Shown here piece by piece: positions 27,349 through 41,843 of a stretch of DNA of 64,000 bases. The notes under the pieces were generated by a model. It was given only the letters and a program-made list of their open reading frames with translations. It was not told where the DNA came from and did no database searches. The number at the start of each line of letters is the position of its first letter. Positions within the stretch are counted from its first letter, which is position 1. Source of the DNA: Sandaracinaceae bacterium (GTDB taxonomy: Bacteria > Myxococcota_A > Polyangia > Polyangiales > Sandaracinaceae). Made by a program: the position numbers and the translations under genes. The stretch spans positions 49,661 to 113,660 of the forward strand of contig JBGAQA010000011.1 in NCBI GenBank assembly GCA_044220955.1, in the 5' to 3' direction.

Positions 27349-27451
27349 CGAACATAATTCGTAAATGGTGTCCGCTGACGAATGATTGGGTGTCCGTAGT
27401 GTCGTATGGCCGAAGAACATTCTTGACACGTCGCGTTAGCGCCCGTAATTC
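27349..27451 (+). promoter_or_regulatory. AT-rich control region: three CGAA boxes and a sigma70-like -35 upstream of lrp-gltBD
   Basis: CGAACATAATTCG (27349), CGAATGATTGGGT (27379), CGAAGAACATTCT (27411), TTGACA at 27423 and a weak -10 (TAATTC) at 27446. Confidence 0.55.
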
Positions 27452-27461
27452 CAGCAGCGCC

Positions 27462-27997
27462 ATGGGGCACGAACATCACGATCTCGACGACATCGACCGG
27501 GCTCTGCTCGGCCACCTCATGGACGACTGCAAGCAGTCGCTCGCCGCCCTCGGCGAGAAGGTCCATCTCTCTCCGCCATCGGTGCTCGAGCGAGTGCGCA
27601 AGCTCGAAGAGGCGGGCGTGCTGCGCGGCTACCACGCCGAGGTGAGTCCGAAGGCCGTCGGCCTCGACATCGGATCGTTCATCGGCGTCGGCATCGACCA
27701 CCCGCGGAGCATCCCCAGCTTCGAGAAGCACATCGAGGGCATGCCCGAGGTGCTCGAGTGCCACCACGTGACGGGTCGCCACACCCTGATGCTCAAGGTG
27801 CGCACGGCGGACACGGGGTCCTTGCACCAGCTGATCAGCCGCCTGCGCGAGCTGCCCGGGGTCGCACGCACCGAGACGATGGTCGTGCTCGCGACGCAGA
27901 TCGAGCGCTCGCGCCTCGCGCTTCCCCAGCCCGTCGAGTCCGCGCCGCGGCGCCGCGTGCGCGCGCACTCGCGCGTTCGCGAGGCGGGGGCCGCGGA

Positions 27998-28001
<4 letters not shown>
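27462..28001 (+). CDS. Lrp/AsnC-family transcriptional regulator
   Basis: LDDIDRALL, LSPPSVLERVRKLEEAGVLRGY, EVLECHHVTG; stop overlaps the gltB ATG. Confidence 0.92.
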
Positions 28002-32601
<4,600 letters not shown>

Positions 32602-32605
<4 letters not shown>

Positions 32606-34053
32606 CCAAGCCGACGGGGTTTCTCGAGATCGCGCGCCGGGATCCGGACGAGCGTGACGTGGCCGAGCGGATCCGCGACTTCGGCGCGATCGAGCGGCGC
32701 CTGCCGGTCGTCGCGATCCGCGAGCAGGCGCGGCGCTGCATGGGGTGTGGAGTCCCCTTCTGTCACGCAGGGTGTCCGCTCGGCAACGCCATCCCGGACT
32801 TCCAGGACGCCGTCGAGCGTGGCAGCTGGGCGGAGGCGTTCGCGCTGCTCGATCGGACCAACAACTTCCCCGAGGTGACCGGGCGCGTCTGCCCTGCACC
32901 CTGCGAGGCGTCGTGCGTCCTCGGCATCGGCGATCAGGCGGTCACGATCGAGAGCATCGAGCGCGAGCTCGCCACGCGCGCGTTCGACGAGGGCTGGGTG
33001 ACGCCGCGACCGCCGGAGCGCGAGACGGGACGCCGCGTGGCGGTGGTCGGCTCCGGCCCGGCCGGTCTGGCCGCGGCGCAGCAGCTGCGGCGGGCGGGGC
33101 ATCGCGTCACCGTCATCGAGCGCGCCGAGAAGCCGGGCGGTCTTCTGCGCTTCGGGATCCCCGACTTCAAGCTCGACAAGACGTGGCTCGACCGGCGCCT
33201 CGCGCAGCTCGAGGGCGAGGGCGTGGTCTTCCGCTGCGGCGTCGCCCTCGGCCACGACGTCTCGCTCGAGGCGCTCCGCGGCGCCGAGGATGCCGTCGTG
33301 CTCGCGACGGGCGCGACCGTCCCGCGCGATCTCGCGATCCCCGGGCGCGAGCTCGGCGGAGTGCACTTCGCCATGGACTTCCTGGCGCCGCAGAACCGCG
33401 TGGTGAGCGGCGCGCTCGCGGTGACGCCGCTCGACGCGCGCGGCAAGCGCGTGGTCGTGCTCGGCGGCGGCGACACGGGCTCGGACTGCGTGGGGACGGC
33501 GCTCCGGCAGGGGGCTGCCAGCGTGACCTCCATCGAGCTCCTGCCGCGGCCGCCCGACGCGCGCGCGGCGTCGACGCCGTGGCCGCTCTGGCCGCTCGTG
33601 TTCCGCGTGTCGTCGAGCCACGAGGAGGGGGGGACCCGCGAGTTCGCGATGCGCACGACGCGCTTCGTCGGCGACGCGTCCGGGCGCGTCTCGGGGATCG
33701 CGGGCGTGCGTGTGGAGCGTCGCGGGAGCGAGCTCGTCGACACCCCGGACGGCGAGCGGGTGATCGAGGCGGACCTCGTCTTGCTCGCGCTCGGATTCCG
33801 CGGGCCGGAGCGGGAGCCCGTCGCGCGTGTCGTCGGCGAAGGCGGCCTCTTGGCTGCGTCCTCCGACCGGTTCGAGACGGCCATTCCGGGCGTGTTCGCC
33901 TGCGGCGACGCGCGGCGCGGGCAGTCCCTCGTCGTCTGGGCCATCTGGGAGGGTCGGCGCGCCGCCGCGTCCGTCGACGCGTGGCTCGGAGCGCGGCCCG
34001 TTCGCGCGTCGATGCGCGCCCCGGAGATCCCGTTCGGCGCGCCGGGAGCGTGA
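32602..34053 (+). CDS. gltD: Glutamate synthase small subunit
   Basis: RCMGCGVPFC..GCP, GRVCPAPCE, GSGPAG, GGGDTGSDC, RRGQSLVVWAI; ATGA overlap with gltB. Confidence 0.95.
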
Positions 34054-34081
34054 GCGGCGCCGCGCGGGGCAGAGCCTTCGC

Positions 34082-34708
34082 TCAGCTGGACGCGTGCGTG
34101 ATCCGGTGCAGCCGCAGCTGGCGCTTCTCGTTCGTCCCCTCCTCGACCGTGTTGAGGATCGTCTCGGAGCGCTCGAGCACCACCTGCGCGATGCGGACTC
34201 GGCGCCGCCCGGTCGAGCCGTCCTGCCGCGTGTACGTCAGCGCGACCGGCGTTCCCTCGAACCAGGCTTGCTCGACCGCGGCCCGGACGGGCTCGAGGCT
34301 CGCATGCCCTGGCACGCCGGTGAACGCGAGCGAGCCGTTGCGGGCGTCGAGCTGCCGCTGAGCGCTCGGCGGCAGTGCCCCGCGCACCTTGTCGAGCGCG
34401 GAGGCGAGCGTCCGCGTGAACGGGAGCAGCCGCAGCTCCGTCGCGAGGCGGCCCAGCACGAGCAGCACGATCGCCTCCCGCACCGTGAAGTTCACGGGCG
34501 GCAAGCTGTAGGTGCGGTCGAGCGCGTAGCCGCCGCCGCGTCCGCGCTCGGCGGCGAGCGGCATCGAGGCGTCGCGCAGCGTGTCGAGATCCCGGTACAT
34601 CGTCCGCACGCTCACGCCGAAGCGCCTGGCGAGCTCCTCGGCCGTGACGCCCGTGCGCCGCGCGCGGAGGGCCTCGGCGATCGCGAACAGGCGTGCGGAG
34701 CGCTTCAT
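34082..34708 (-). CDS. YafY-like HTH-WYL transcriptional regulator (short form)
   Basis: MKRSARLF, TAEELARRFGVSVRTMYRD, G.GGGY.L, LPPVNFT, C-terminal RQLRLHRI. Confidence 0.85.
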   Translation of the reverse strand: MKRSARLFAIAEALRARRTGVTAEELARRFGVSVRTMYRDLDTLRDASMPLAAERGRGGGYALDRTYSLPPVNFTVREAIVLLVLGRLATELRLLPFTRTLASALDKVRGALPPSAQRQLDARNGSLAFTGVPGHASLEPVRAAVEQAWFEGTPVALTYTRQDGSTGRRRVRIAQVVLERSETILNTVEEGTNEKRQLRLHRITHASS

Positions 34709-34753
34709 GGCGCCAAGCTGACGCACAGCTGACATCCCGTCGAGGACGCGGGC

Positions 34754-37210
34754 TCACCCGAGGATCGAGCAGCTCCCCATCGTCTCGGCCGTGTTGTTGT
34801 CTCTGTGGCACTCGACCAGCGAGGTCGACGGCGTGTCCGTCGGGTCGTCGACGACGACGCGGAAGCGGACGACGTCACCATCGGGGCGTCCGGTGAGGTC
34901 GTAGGGGATCGAGAGGCCTTCCGACTCGCCTGGCAGGAGTGTCCGCGTCGTCACGAGCCGCCCGAGGCGCACGAACGTCCCGCCCTCCTCGACGTAGACC
35001 GTCACCGGCGCGCCGGGTGCGGCCGCCGCCCAGCCCCGGTTCGACACCCGGAAGTTCAAGGTCATGCGCGCGTTGCACATCGTCAGGTCGACGGCCAGGT
35101 CGGTCGGCACGAGGTCCGGCACGTTCGTCGCGCCGGGCTGCACGTTCTGGCGGAAGTCGTCGAGCCCGGCGACCGACCAGTTCGGCCGCTCGTGCGCGGG
35201 GATCTCTCCGGAGTCGCTGACGTTGGTGATGTGATAGGTGTGCTCGTTCCACACGTGTCGCGTCGCGACCCAGTCGCGCGTCGGGCTCGCGAAGACGCGC
35301 ACGCCGTGCGTGCCGAGGTTCTCGCCCGCCGCGAGGCGCGCGTTCTCGCAGGCGCCGAGGATGGAATCGGCGACGCACGTCGCGAAGCTCGGGCCGCCGT
35401 AGTCGTTCGACGCGACGACGATCTCGGCGTGCCCGTCGTCGTTCACGTCGGCGACCACGGGGTACTCCCAGAGCGTCGCGGTGGTGTTGCACGCGCAGAA
35501 GCGCACGGTCCCGTCGCGCCCGTCGTACACGCGCAGCCACTGCTCGTCGCTGTACACGGCCTCGGCGGCGCCGTCGCCGTCGAAGTCGAACACGGTCGAG
35601 CCGGTCTTGCGCGACGAGTGATCGCGCGTCGGGCTCGACCAGTGAAGCGCGCCGGTGGGCTCGAACACGACGAATCCATACGCGCCGGCGAGGGCGATCT
35701 CCGGCTCCGGGTCGTCGTCGAGGTTGGCGATCGTGGGCGGGCCGCCTCCGCCGACGGCGCCGCTCGCGACGTCGGCGGGCGGGGCGAGGCCCTGGTTGAT
35801 GTCGACCGGGCCCCACGCGATCGAGCCGTCGCGATGGAAGGCGCGCAGCTCGTGGTCGCCCTGGTAGGGGGTCGGGTGGAACGCCGAGAACACGACCACG
35901 ACCTCCGGCATTCCGTCTCGATCGAGGTCTCCGACCGCGGGGTAGCCGTCGTTGAAGTCGGCGCGGTGGTCGTAGACCGTGGTGCCATCGAAGCGATAGA
36001 CGACGTTGCCGCCGACGATGTCGAGCTGCCCGTCGCCGTCGACGTCGGCAGCCGTCGTGTAGTCGCAGGGGTTGTGCGAGCTCGTGGCCCATCCGCCCGT
36101 GCCGACGCAGTCGTGGTGCTGCAGGACGCCGCCCGTCCGGCCGTCGAGCACCGTGTAGCGGATGAACACCTCCGGGTGGCCGTCGCCGTCGAAGTCCGCG
36201 ATCGCGGGCGCCGCCTCGGCGCAGACCACGCGCGGGTCGCTGCTCTGCCAGTAGAACGAGCCGTCCTGGTGGAACACCACCACGGGGCCGACGCCGCCCG
36301 CCCCCGACGCGCACGCGACGACCTCGACCCGGTGATCGCCGTCGAGGTCGCCGATGGCCAGCTGCGCGCCGGGGTTCACGCGGTGCGCGGCGTCGGTGAC
36401 GTCGAAGACGGCGTGCCCGTCGTCCCCGCTCACGGCGCGCAGGATCCCGTCCTGGCCGTAGTTGCCGCCGGCGAACGAGGAGAAGAGGACGTCGGGGACG
36501 TCGCGCGCGTCGATCACTCCGTCGGCGTTGTCGTCGGTGAGGTTGGCGACCATCGGCGCCATCATCACCTGGTCGTACGTGGGCAGCGCCGCACCCACGC
36601 CGTCCCAGTGCCAGAGCTCGGTCGGGACGACGGCACCACCGGTCGGGTGGACGGCGCACTCGGCGCCCGTCGGCTGTGGGAGGCACTGGCCCAGCACCGT
36701 CTCGCAGTACTGGCCCGCGGGGCAGTCGACGAAGTCGACACAGGGGGTGACCGGCGCGAAGCAGCGTCCGGCGGCGCAGACCTCGCCGGCGTCGCAGCAG
36801 ACGGGCGCCCCGGCGGCGTCGGTGCAGCGCGCGTTCGTCCCGCACTCGATACGGCAGACGGCGCCCTCGCAGACCTCGCCCGCGCCGCAGCACGTCGATC
36901 CGCAGAGCTCGGCGCGCGTGCAGCACGCCGTGTTCGTCCCGCAGACCTCGCCCGTCGCGCAGCACGTGGCTCCGCAAGGGCGCGCCGTGCCGCACGCGGG
37001 CCCGGTGTCGCTCGCCGCCGCGTCCACGCTGGCATCCGTGAGGGCGCCTGCGTCGGGAGGCGGGACGCAGCGCGAGTCCAAGCAGACTCGCCCGCCACTG
37101 CACTCGCTCGACGCGCGGCAGCTCGGAGTGACGGGCCCGCCCGCGCAGTCGCAGCCGGCCGCGACGAAGACGACGAGCCCGAGCAGCGAGGCAAGAGCGA
37201 AGTGGCGCAT
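34754..37210 (-). CDS. Lipoprotein with Cys-rich stalk, FG-GAP/VCBS repeats and a CARDB-like C-terminus
   Basis: VAAGC lipobox; CC...EVC repeats; multiple D[LFV]DGDG..E[IV]V; C-terminal DL......V.N.G...VVVDD....E....NN. Confidence 0.8.
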   Translation of the reverse strand: MRHFALASLLGLVVFVAAGCDCAGGPVTPSCRASSECSGGRVCLDSRCVPPPDAGALTDASVDAAASDTGPACGTARPCGATCCATGEVCGTNTACCTRAELCGSTCCGAGEVCEGAVCRIECGTNARCTDAAGAPVCCDAGEVCAAGRCFAPVTPCVDFVDCPAGQYCETVLGQCLPQPTGAECAVHPTGGAVVPTELWHWDGVGAALPTYDQVMMAPMVANLTDDNADGVIDARDVPDVLFSSFAGGNYGQDGILRAVSGDDGHAVFDVTDAAHRVNPGAQLAIGDLDGDHRVEVVACASGAGGVGPVVVFHQDGSFYWQSSDPRVVCAEAAPAIADFDGDGHPEVFIRYTVLDGRTGGVLQHHDCVGTGGWATSSHNPCDYTTAADVDGDGQLDIVGGNVVYRFDGTTVYDHRADFNDGYPAVGDLDRDGMPEVVVVFSAFHPTPYQGDHELRAFHRDGSIAWGPVDINQGLAPPADVASGAVGGGGPPTIANLDDDPEPEIALAGAYGFVVFEPTGALHWSSPTRDHSSRKTGSTVFDFDGDGAAEAVYSDEQWLRVYDGRDGTVRFCACNTTATLWEYPVVADVNDDGHAEIVVASNDYGGPSFATCVADSILGACENARLAAGENLGTHGVRVFASPTRDWVATRHVWNEHTYHITNVSDSGEIPAHERPNWSVAGLDDFRQNVQPGATNVPDLVPTDLAVDLTMCNARMTLNFRVSNRGWAAAAPGAPVTVYVEEGGTFVRLGRLVTTRTLLPGESEGLSIPYDLTGRPDGDVVRFRVVVDDPTDTPSTSLVECHRDNNTAETMGSCSILG

Positions 37211-37251
37211 GACCCACCGTCGCACGATCGGCGGCCGGACGTCATCCGTCG

Positions 37252-38550
37252 TTGACCGCGGTCGCGAAGGCCTCGCACCATGCGCGCGTGGCGCAGACCA
37301 GTCAGCCGGGCGCGGGCGAAGCGCTGCCCTATCCGTCGGCTCGCGCGTGGCTCGTCACGCTCGTCGCGACGAGCACGATGACCATCAGCTACCTCGATCG
37401 CCAGGTGCTCGCGGTCCTCGCGCCGACCATCACGGAGCAGCTGCACATCGGCGAGACGCAGTACGGCTGGCTGCAGTCGTCGTTCTCGCTCGCCTACCTC
37501 TGCTGTGCGCCCTTCGCGGGGCGCATGCTCGAGCGCGTCGGGATCCGGCGCGGGCTCCTCCTGGCGGTCCTCGCCTGGACGCTCGTCTCCGCGGCGCACG
37601 CGCTGGCCTATTCGATCGCCGCGCTCTTCGTCCTGCGCATCCTGCTCGGGGCGGCCGAGGCGCCGTCGTTCCCCGGCGCGGCGGCGACGATCGCCCGGAC
37701 CCAGCCCCCGCGTCATCGCGCGCGCGCGGTAGGCGTCCTGTTCACGGGCAGCTCCATCGGCGCGATGCTCGCGCCCATGCTCGCGACGCGCTTCGCGACC
37801 GTGTTCCACGGCGTGCAGGGCGCATTCGTCGGCGTCGCGCTGGTGGGGCTGGCGTGGGTGCCCTGCTGGTGGCTCGCGACGGCGACGCCGCCGATCGCCG
37901 ATCGGCTCGGTCCGAGCACGGCGACGGGCCCCGCGGCTGCGACGCCGCGTCTGGTCGACGTCATCATGCTCGCGCCCGTGCGGCACGCGTGCCTCGTCGT
38001 CGCGCTCGCCTCGCCGCTCTTCGCGTTCGTCCTCCTCTGGGGGAGCAAGCTCCTGCACGACGGCTTCGACGTGCCTCAAGAGGACATGGGCCAGTATCTC
38101 TGGGCGCCGCCGCTCTTCTACGACCTCGGGGCGGTCGTCTTCGGTCACCTCGCGAGCCTGCACACGCGCAGGCACGGAGAGGGTGCGGTACCGGTCGCGC
38201 TGATCGTCGTGGCCGCGCTCCTCGCGAGCACGTTCGCCGGGGTCGCCTTCTGCACCACGCCCTGGCAGGTCGTGTGGGTGTGCGGGGCGGCGATGGCGGG
38301 CGGGGCGGGGATCTTCGCCATCGTCACCGCGGACATGATCGGCCGCGTGGGCCCGGCCCTCGCAGCCACGGCGGGCGGCGCCAGCGCCAGCGCGCAGTCG
38401 ATCATGTACGTCGTGGCCAACCCGTCGATCGGCTGGGGCGTCGAGGCGTTCGGGGGCTACGGCCCCGTCGTCGTCACCATCGCGTTGCTCGTCCTGCCAG
38501 GAGCGCTCGGTTGGCTCTGGCTACGCCAGAGCACTACCCGGCCCGGGTGA
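37252..38550 (+). CDS. MFS transporter (ACS/ExuT-like)
   Basis: ISYLDRQ, G...ER.G.R, RILLGAAEAPSFP; many TM helices; start uncertain. Confidence 0.88.
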   Translation: MTAVAKASHHARVAQTSQPGAGEALPYPSARAWLVTLVATSTMTISYLDRQVLAVLAPTITEQLHIGETQYGWLQSSFSLAYLCCAPFAGRMLERVGIRRGLLLAVLAWTLVSAAHALAYSIAALFVLRILLGAAEAPSFPGAAATIARTQPPRHRARAVGVLFTGSSIGAMLAPMLATRFATVFHGVQGAFVGVALVGLAWVPCWWLATATPPIADRLGPSTATGPAAATPRLVDVIMLAPVRHACLVVALASPLFAFVLLWGSKLLHDGFDVPQEDMGQYLWAPPLFYDLGAVVFGHLASLHTRRHGEGAVPVALIVVAALLASTFAGVAFCTTPWQVVWVCGAAMAGGAGIFAIVTADMIGRVGPALAATAGGASASAQSIMYVVANPSIGWGVEAFGGYGPVVVTIALLVLPGALGWLWLRQSTTRPG

Positions 38551-38574
38551 TTCCCGTATAGTCCCACCCGCTCG

Positions 38575-39750
38575 ATGTCGGACGTACCGGAGCTGGCCGC
38601 ACCACCGCTCGTTCTGCCTGGGGCGATCTCGGTCGCGCTGCTCTCGGCGGTCCTCGAGAACGTCGCGCAGCCGGTGTTCGTCAAGGATCGTGATCTGCGC
38701 TTCGTGCTCCTGAACCGCGCGTTCAGCGAGCTGGTCGGCCATCCGCGCGAGGCGATGTTGGGGCGGACCGACGCGGACTTCTTCCCTGCGGAGGAGGCAG
38801 CGTTCTTCCGGAGCGTCGATCGGCGCGTGTTCGACGAGGGTCAGCCGCAGATCATCGAGGAGGAGGGCGTCACCGACTCGCAGGGCTCACGCCGCTCCGT
38901 GCGGACGGTGAAGTCGCCGCTTCGGGACGCGCGAGGCGACATCACGCATCTCGTCGGGGTCATCGTGGACATGAGCCAGGTGAAGGCGGCCGAGTCGATG
39001 CTGCGCTCCGCGAACGAGGAGCTCGAGCGCGCGGTCGAAGAGCGGACGCGGGCGCTCCGCGACGTGCAGCAGGCGCTGCTCCGCAAGGAGCGGCTCACCG
39101 TCCTGGGTCAGCTCGCGGGCGGCCTCGCCCACCAGATCCGCAATCCGCTCGCCGCGATGCAGACGGCGGCCGCGGTGCTCCGTCGCAAGCTCGGCGAGCA
39201 CTCGGACCAGGACGTGCATCAAGCGCTCAAGGTGATCCGGGAAGAGGTCTGGGAGGCCAACCGCATCATCACGGACCTGCTCGACTATGCGCGCGTGAAG
39301 CCTCCGAGCCGCTCGGACGTCGAGGTCGAGCGCCTCCTGGCTTCGGCGCTCGAGGCGACGTCGCCGCCGCCCCGCGTGATCTTCCAGTGGGACGTGGCCC
39401 CTGGGCTGGTCGTGCGCGTCGACGAGCGGCAGACGCGCGATGCGCTGGGCAACGTGGTCCGCAACGCGTTCGAGGCGATGCCGCAAGGCGGGACGCTCTC
39501 GATCACCGCGCACGCCGAGGGCGGTGTCGCGCTCATCGCCCTCGAGGACACCGGACCGGGGATCTCCCGCGACAGCATCAAGCACCTGTTCGAGCCGCTC
39601 GTGACGAGCAAGCCGCTGGGCCTGGGCCTGGGCCTGTCGACGGCGCGCGCGCTGGTGGAGAACCAGGGCGGCACGATCCGCTGTGCGACACAACGCGGCC
39701 GTGGCGCGCGCTTCGAGGTGCGGCTTCCCGTTCCAGCGCGCGAGGGCTGA
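38575..39750 (+). CDS. Cytoplasmic PAS-domain sensor histidine kinase
   Basis: PAS (VFVKDR...NRAF...GRTD.DFFP), H-box AHQIRNPL, NAFEAM, DTGPGI, GLGLGLS. Confidence 0.9.
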   Translation: MSDVPELAAPPLVLPGAISVALLSAVLENVAQPVFVKDRDLRFVLLNRAFSELVGHPREAMLGRTDADFFPAEEAAFFRSVDRRVFDEGQPQIIEEEGVTDSQGSRRSVRTVKSPLRDARGDITHLVGVIVDMSQVKAAESMLRSANEELERAVEERTRALRDVQQALLRKERLTVLGQLAGGLAHQIRNPLAAMQTAAAVLRRKLGEHSDQDVHQALKVIREEVWEANRIITDLLDYARVKPPSRSDVEVERLLASALEATSPPPRVIFQWDVAPGLVVRVDERQTRDALGNVVRNAFEAMPQGGTLSITAHAEGGVALIALEDTGPGISRDSIKHLFEPLVTSKPLGLGLGLSTARALVENQGGTIRCATQRGRGARFEVRLPVPAREG

Positions 39751-39754
39751 CGCC

Positions 39755-40285
39755 GTGGCGCCCGTCTTCGTCACCACCTGGTACCTCGAGATGCGCGCGA
39801 GGCCGGCGCTCCGGCCCTCCGAGACGCCGCCGGGCGTCACGCTCCGCCTCGAGCGCCCGAGCGTCGCAGCGTACCGCGAACTCTACGACACCGTCGGCGA
39901 GGCCTGGCTCTGGGTGGATCGGCGGCGCATGGGGGACGCGGAGCTGCATGCCGCGATCTCGGCGCCCCACGTCGAGATCCACGTCGCGCGGGCCGGGAGC
40001 GAGCTGGTCGGGTACTTCGAGCTCGATCGCGGCACGCCGCGCGAGTGCAAGCTCGCCTATTTCGGGCTCGCGCCGGGCTGGATCGGGCGCGGCCTCGGAT
40101 CGTGGTTCCTCGGGCGCGCGGTGGAGCGCGCGTGGGAACCGGGGCCCTCGCTCGTGACGGTCCACACCTGCTCGCTCGACCACCCTCGCGCGCTCTCGAC
40201 CTACGAGCGCGCCGGTTTCGTGTGCGTCGAGACCGCACACGCCGACTTCGATCCGGGCCCACTGGAGCGGGCTCCCACGGGGTGA
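39755..40285 (+). CDS. GNAT-family acetyltransferase
   Basis: YFGL.P..IGRGLG, VHTCSLDHP.AL..YERAGF; GTG start inferred. Confidence 0.85.
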   Translation: MAPVFVTTWYLEMRARPALRPSETPPGVTLRLERPSVAAYRELYDTVGEAWLWVDRRRMGDAELHAAISAPHVEIHVARAGSELVGYFELDRGTPRECKLAYFGLAPGWIGRGLGSWFLGRAVERAWEPGPSLVTVHTCSLDHPRALSTYERAGFVCVETAHADFDPGPLERAPTG

Positions 40286-40322
40286 GCGTGTTCGACCCCT
40301 TGTTTCCGGGCCGAATCGCTTG

Positions 40323-40350
40323 TTGACAGGCCTACCTCTCTTTCTATAGT
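40323..40350 (+). promoter_or_regulatory. Near-consensus sigma70 promoter
   Basis: TTGACA-16 nt-TATAGT in an AT-rich patch upstream of ATG 40385. Confidence 0.75.
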
Positions 40351-40384
40351 ACCGCCCTTCGAGGGGTCACAGAGAAACGCGTTC

Positions 40385-40795
<411 letters not shown>

Positions 40796-40826
40796 TCGCG
40801 GCCCGGCGATCTTCCGACGCCGCCGG

Positions 40827-41843
40827 TCAGCGCAGGTCCGCGACGATGCGTCCGGCCAGGGATGCCTCTTCCCGGCTCACGTCCAGGTGCGTCACGGCCC
40901 GTACGAGCTCGCCGCCGAAGGGCGAGATCCGCACCCCTCGCGACTCCGCCCGCGCGGCGAGCTCGGCGGGGGCGATGCGACGCGACGCGAAGACGACGAT
41001 GTTCGTCTCGACCCGCGCGAGGTCGATCTCCAGGCCGGGCGCGCCGGCGAGGGCCTCGGCGAACGCGCGCGCGCTCACGTGGTCCTGCGCGATGCGGCCT
41101 CGGTGGTGCTCGAGCGCGAAGAGCGCTCCCGCCGCGAGGATGCCGACCTGACGCATGCCTCCGCCGAGGCGCTTGCGGATCCGCAGCGCCTCGCGCACCG
41201 CGTCGCGCGTGCCGGCGATCACGGAACCCGCCGGCGCGCCGAGCCCCTTGGAGAAGCACGCGGACACCGTGTCGAAGGGACGCGCGAGCTCGCTCTCCGG
41301 GCGTCCGGTCGCCGCCGCGGCGTTCCAGATGCGGGCGCCGTCGAGGTGGAGCGCGAGGCCGAGCGCGCGCGCGCGGGCGGTCACGCGCTCGAGCGCGGCC
41401 TCCGGGACCACCCGGCCGCCGGCTCGGTTGTGCGTGTTCTCGACGACCAGCAGGCGCGTGCGAGGGAGGTAGTAGGCGTCCGTCGTCTGCGCGACCGAGT
41501 CGAGGTCTGCGGCGTCGAGGATGCCCGCGCTGCCCGCCTCCACGACCTGCACGCCCGCCCACGCCGCAGCGCCGCCCGACTCGTAGAGCCGCACGTGTGC
41601 GTCGCGCGGGGCCACCACCTCGTCGCCCGGACGGCAGTGCAGCATCATCGCGATCTGGTTGGCCATCGTCCCGCTCGGGACGAAGAGCGCCGCCTCCTTG
41701 CCGAGGATCGCCGCCGTGCGCTCCTCGAGGGCCCGCGCGCTCGGGTCCTCGCGGTAGACGTCGTCGCCGACCTCGGCGGCCGCCATCGCCGCGCGCATCT
41801 CACGCGTCGGCTTCGTGACGGTGTCGGAGCGGAGGTCGATCAC
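40827..41843 (-). CDS. ltaE: Low-specificity L-threonine aldolase
   Basis: [54 protein letters not shown]. Confidence 0.93.
   Translation of the reverse strand: MIDLRSDTVTKPTREMRAAMAAAEVGDDVYREDPSARALEERTAAILGKEAALFVPSGTMANQIAMMLHCRPGDEVVAPRDAHVRLYESGGAAAWAGVQVVEAGSAGILDAADLDSVAQTTDAYYLPRTRLLVVENTHNRAGGRVVPEAALERVTARARALGLALHLDGARIWNAAAATGRPESELARPFDTVSACFSKGLGAPAGSVIAGTRDAVREALRIRKRLGGGMRQVGILAAGALFALEHHRGRIAQDHVSARAFAEALAGAPGLEIDLARVETNIVVFASRRIAPAELAARAESRGVRISPFGGELVRAVTHLDVSREEASLAGRIVADLR

Noticed and set aside
40827..41843. ltaE as a functional part of the kinase-lipoprotein system
   Set aside because: It overlaps the last lipoprotein gene, but it is an ordinary metabolic enzyme and no functional link is evident from sequence.
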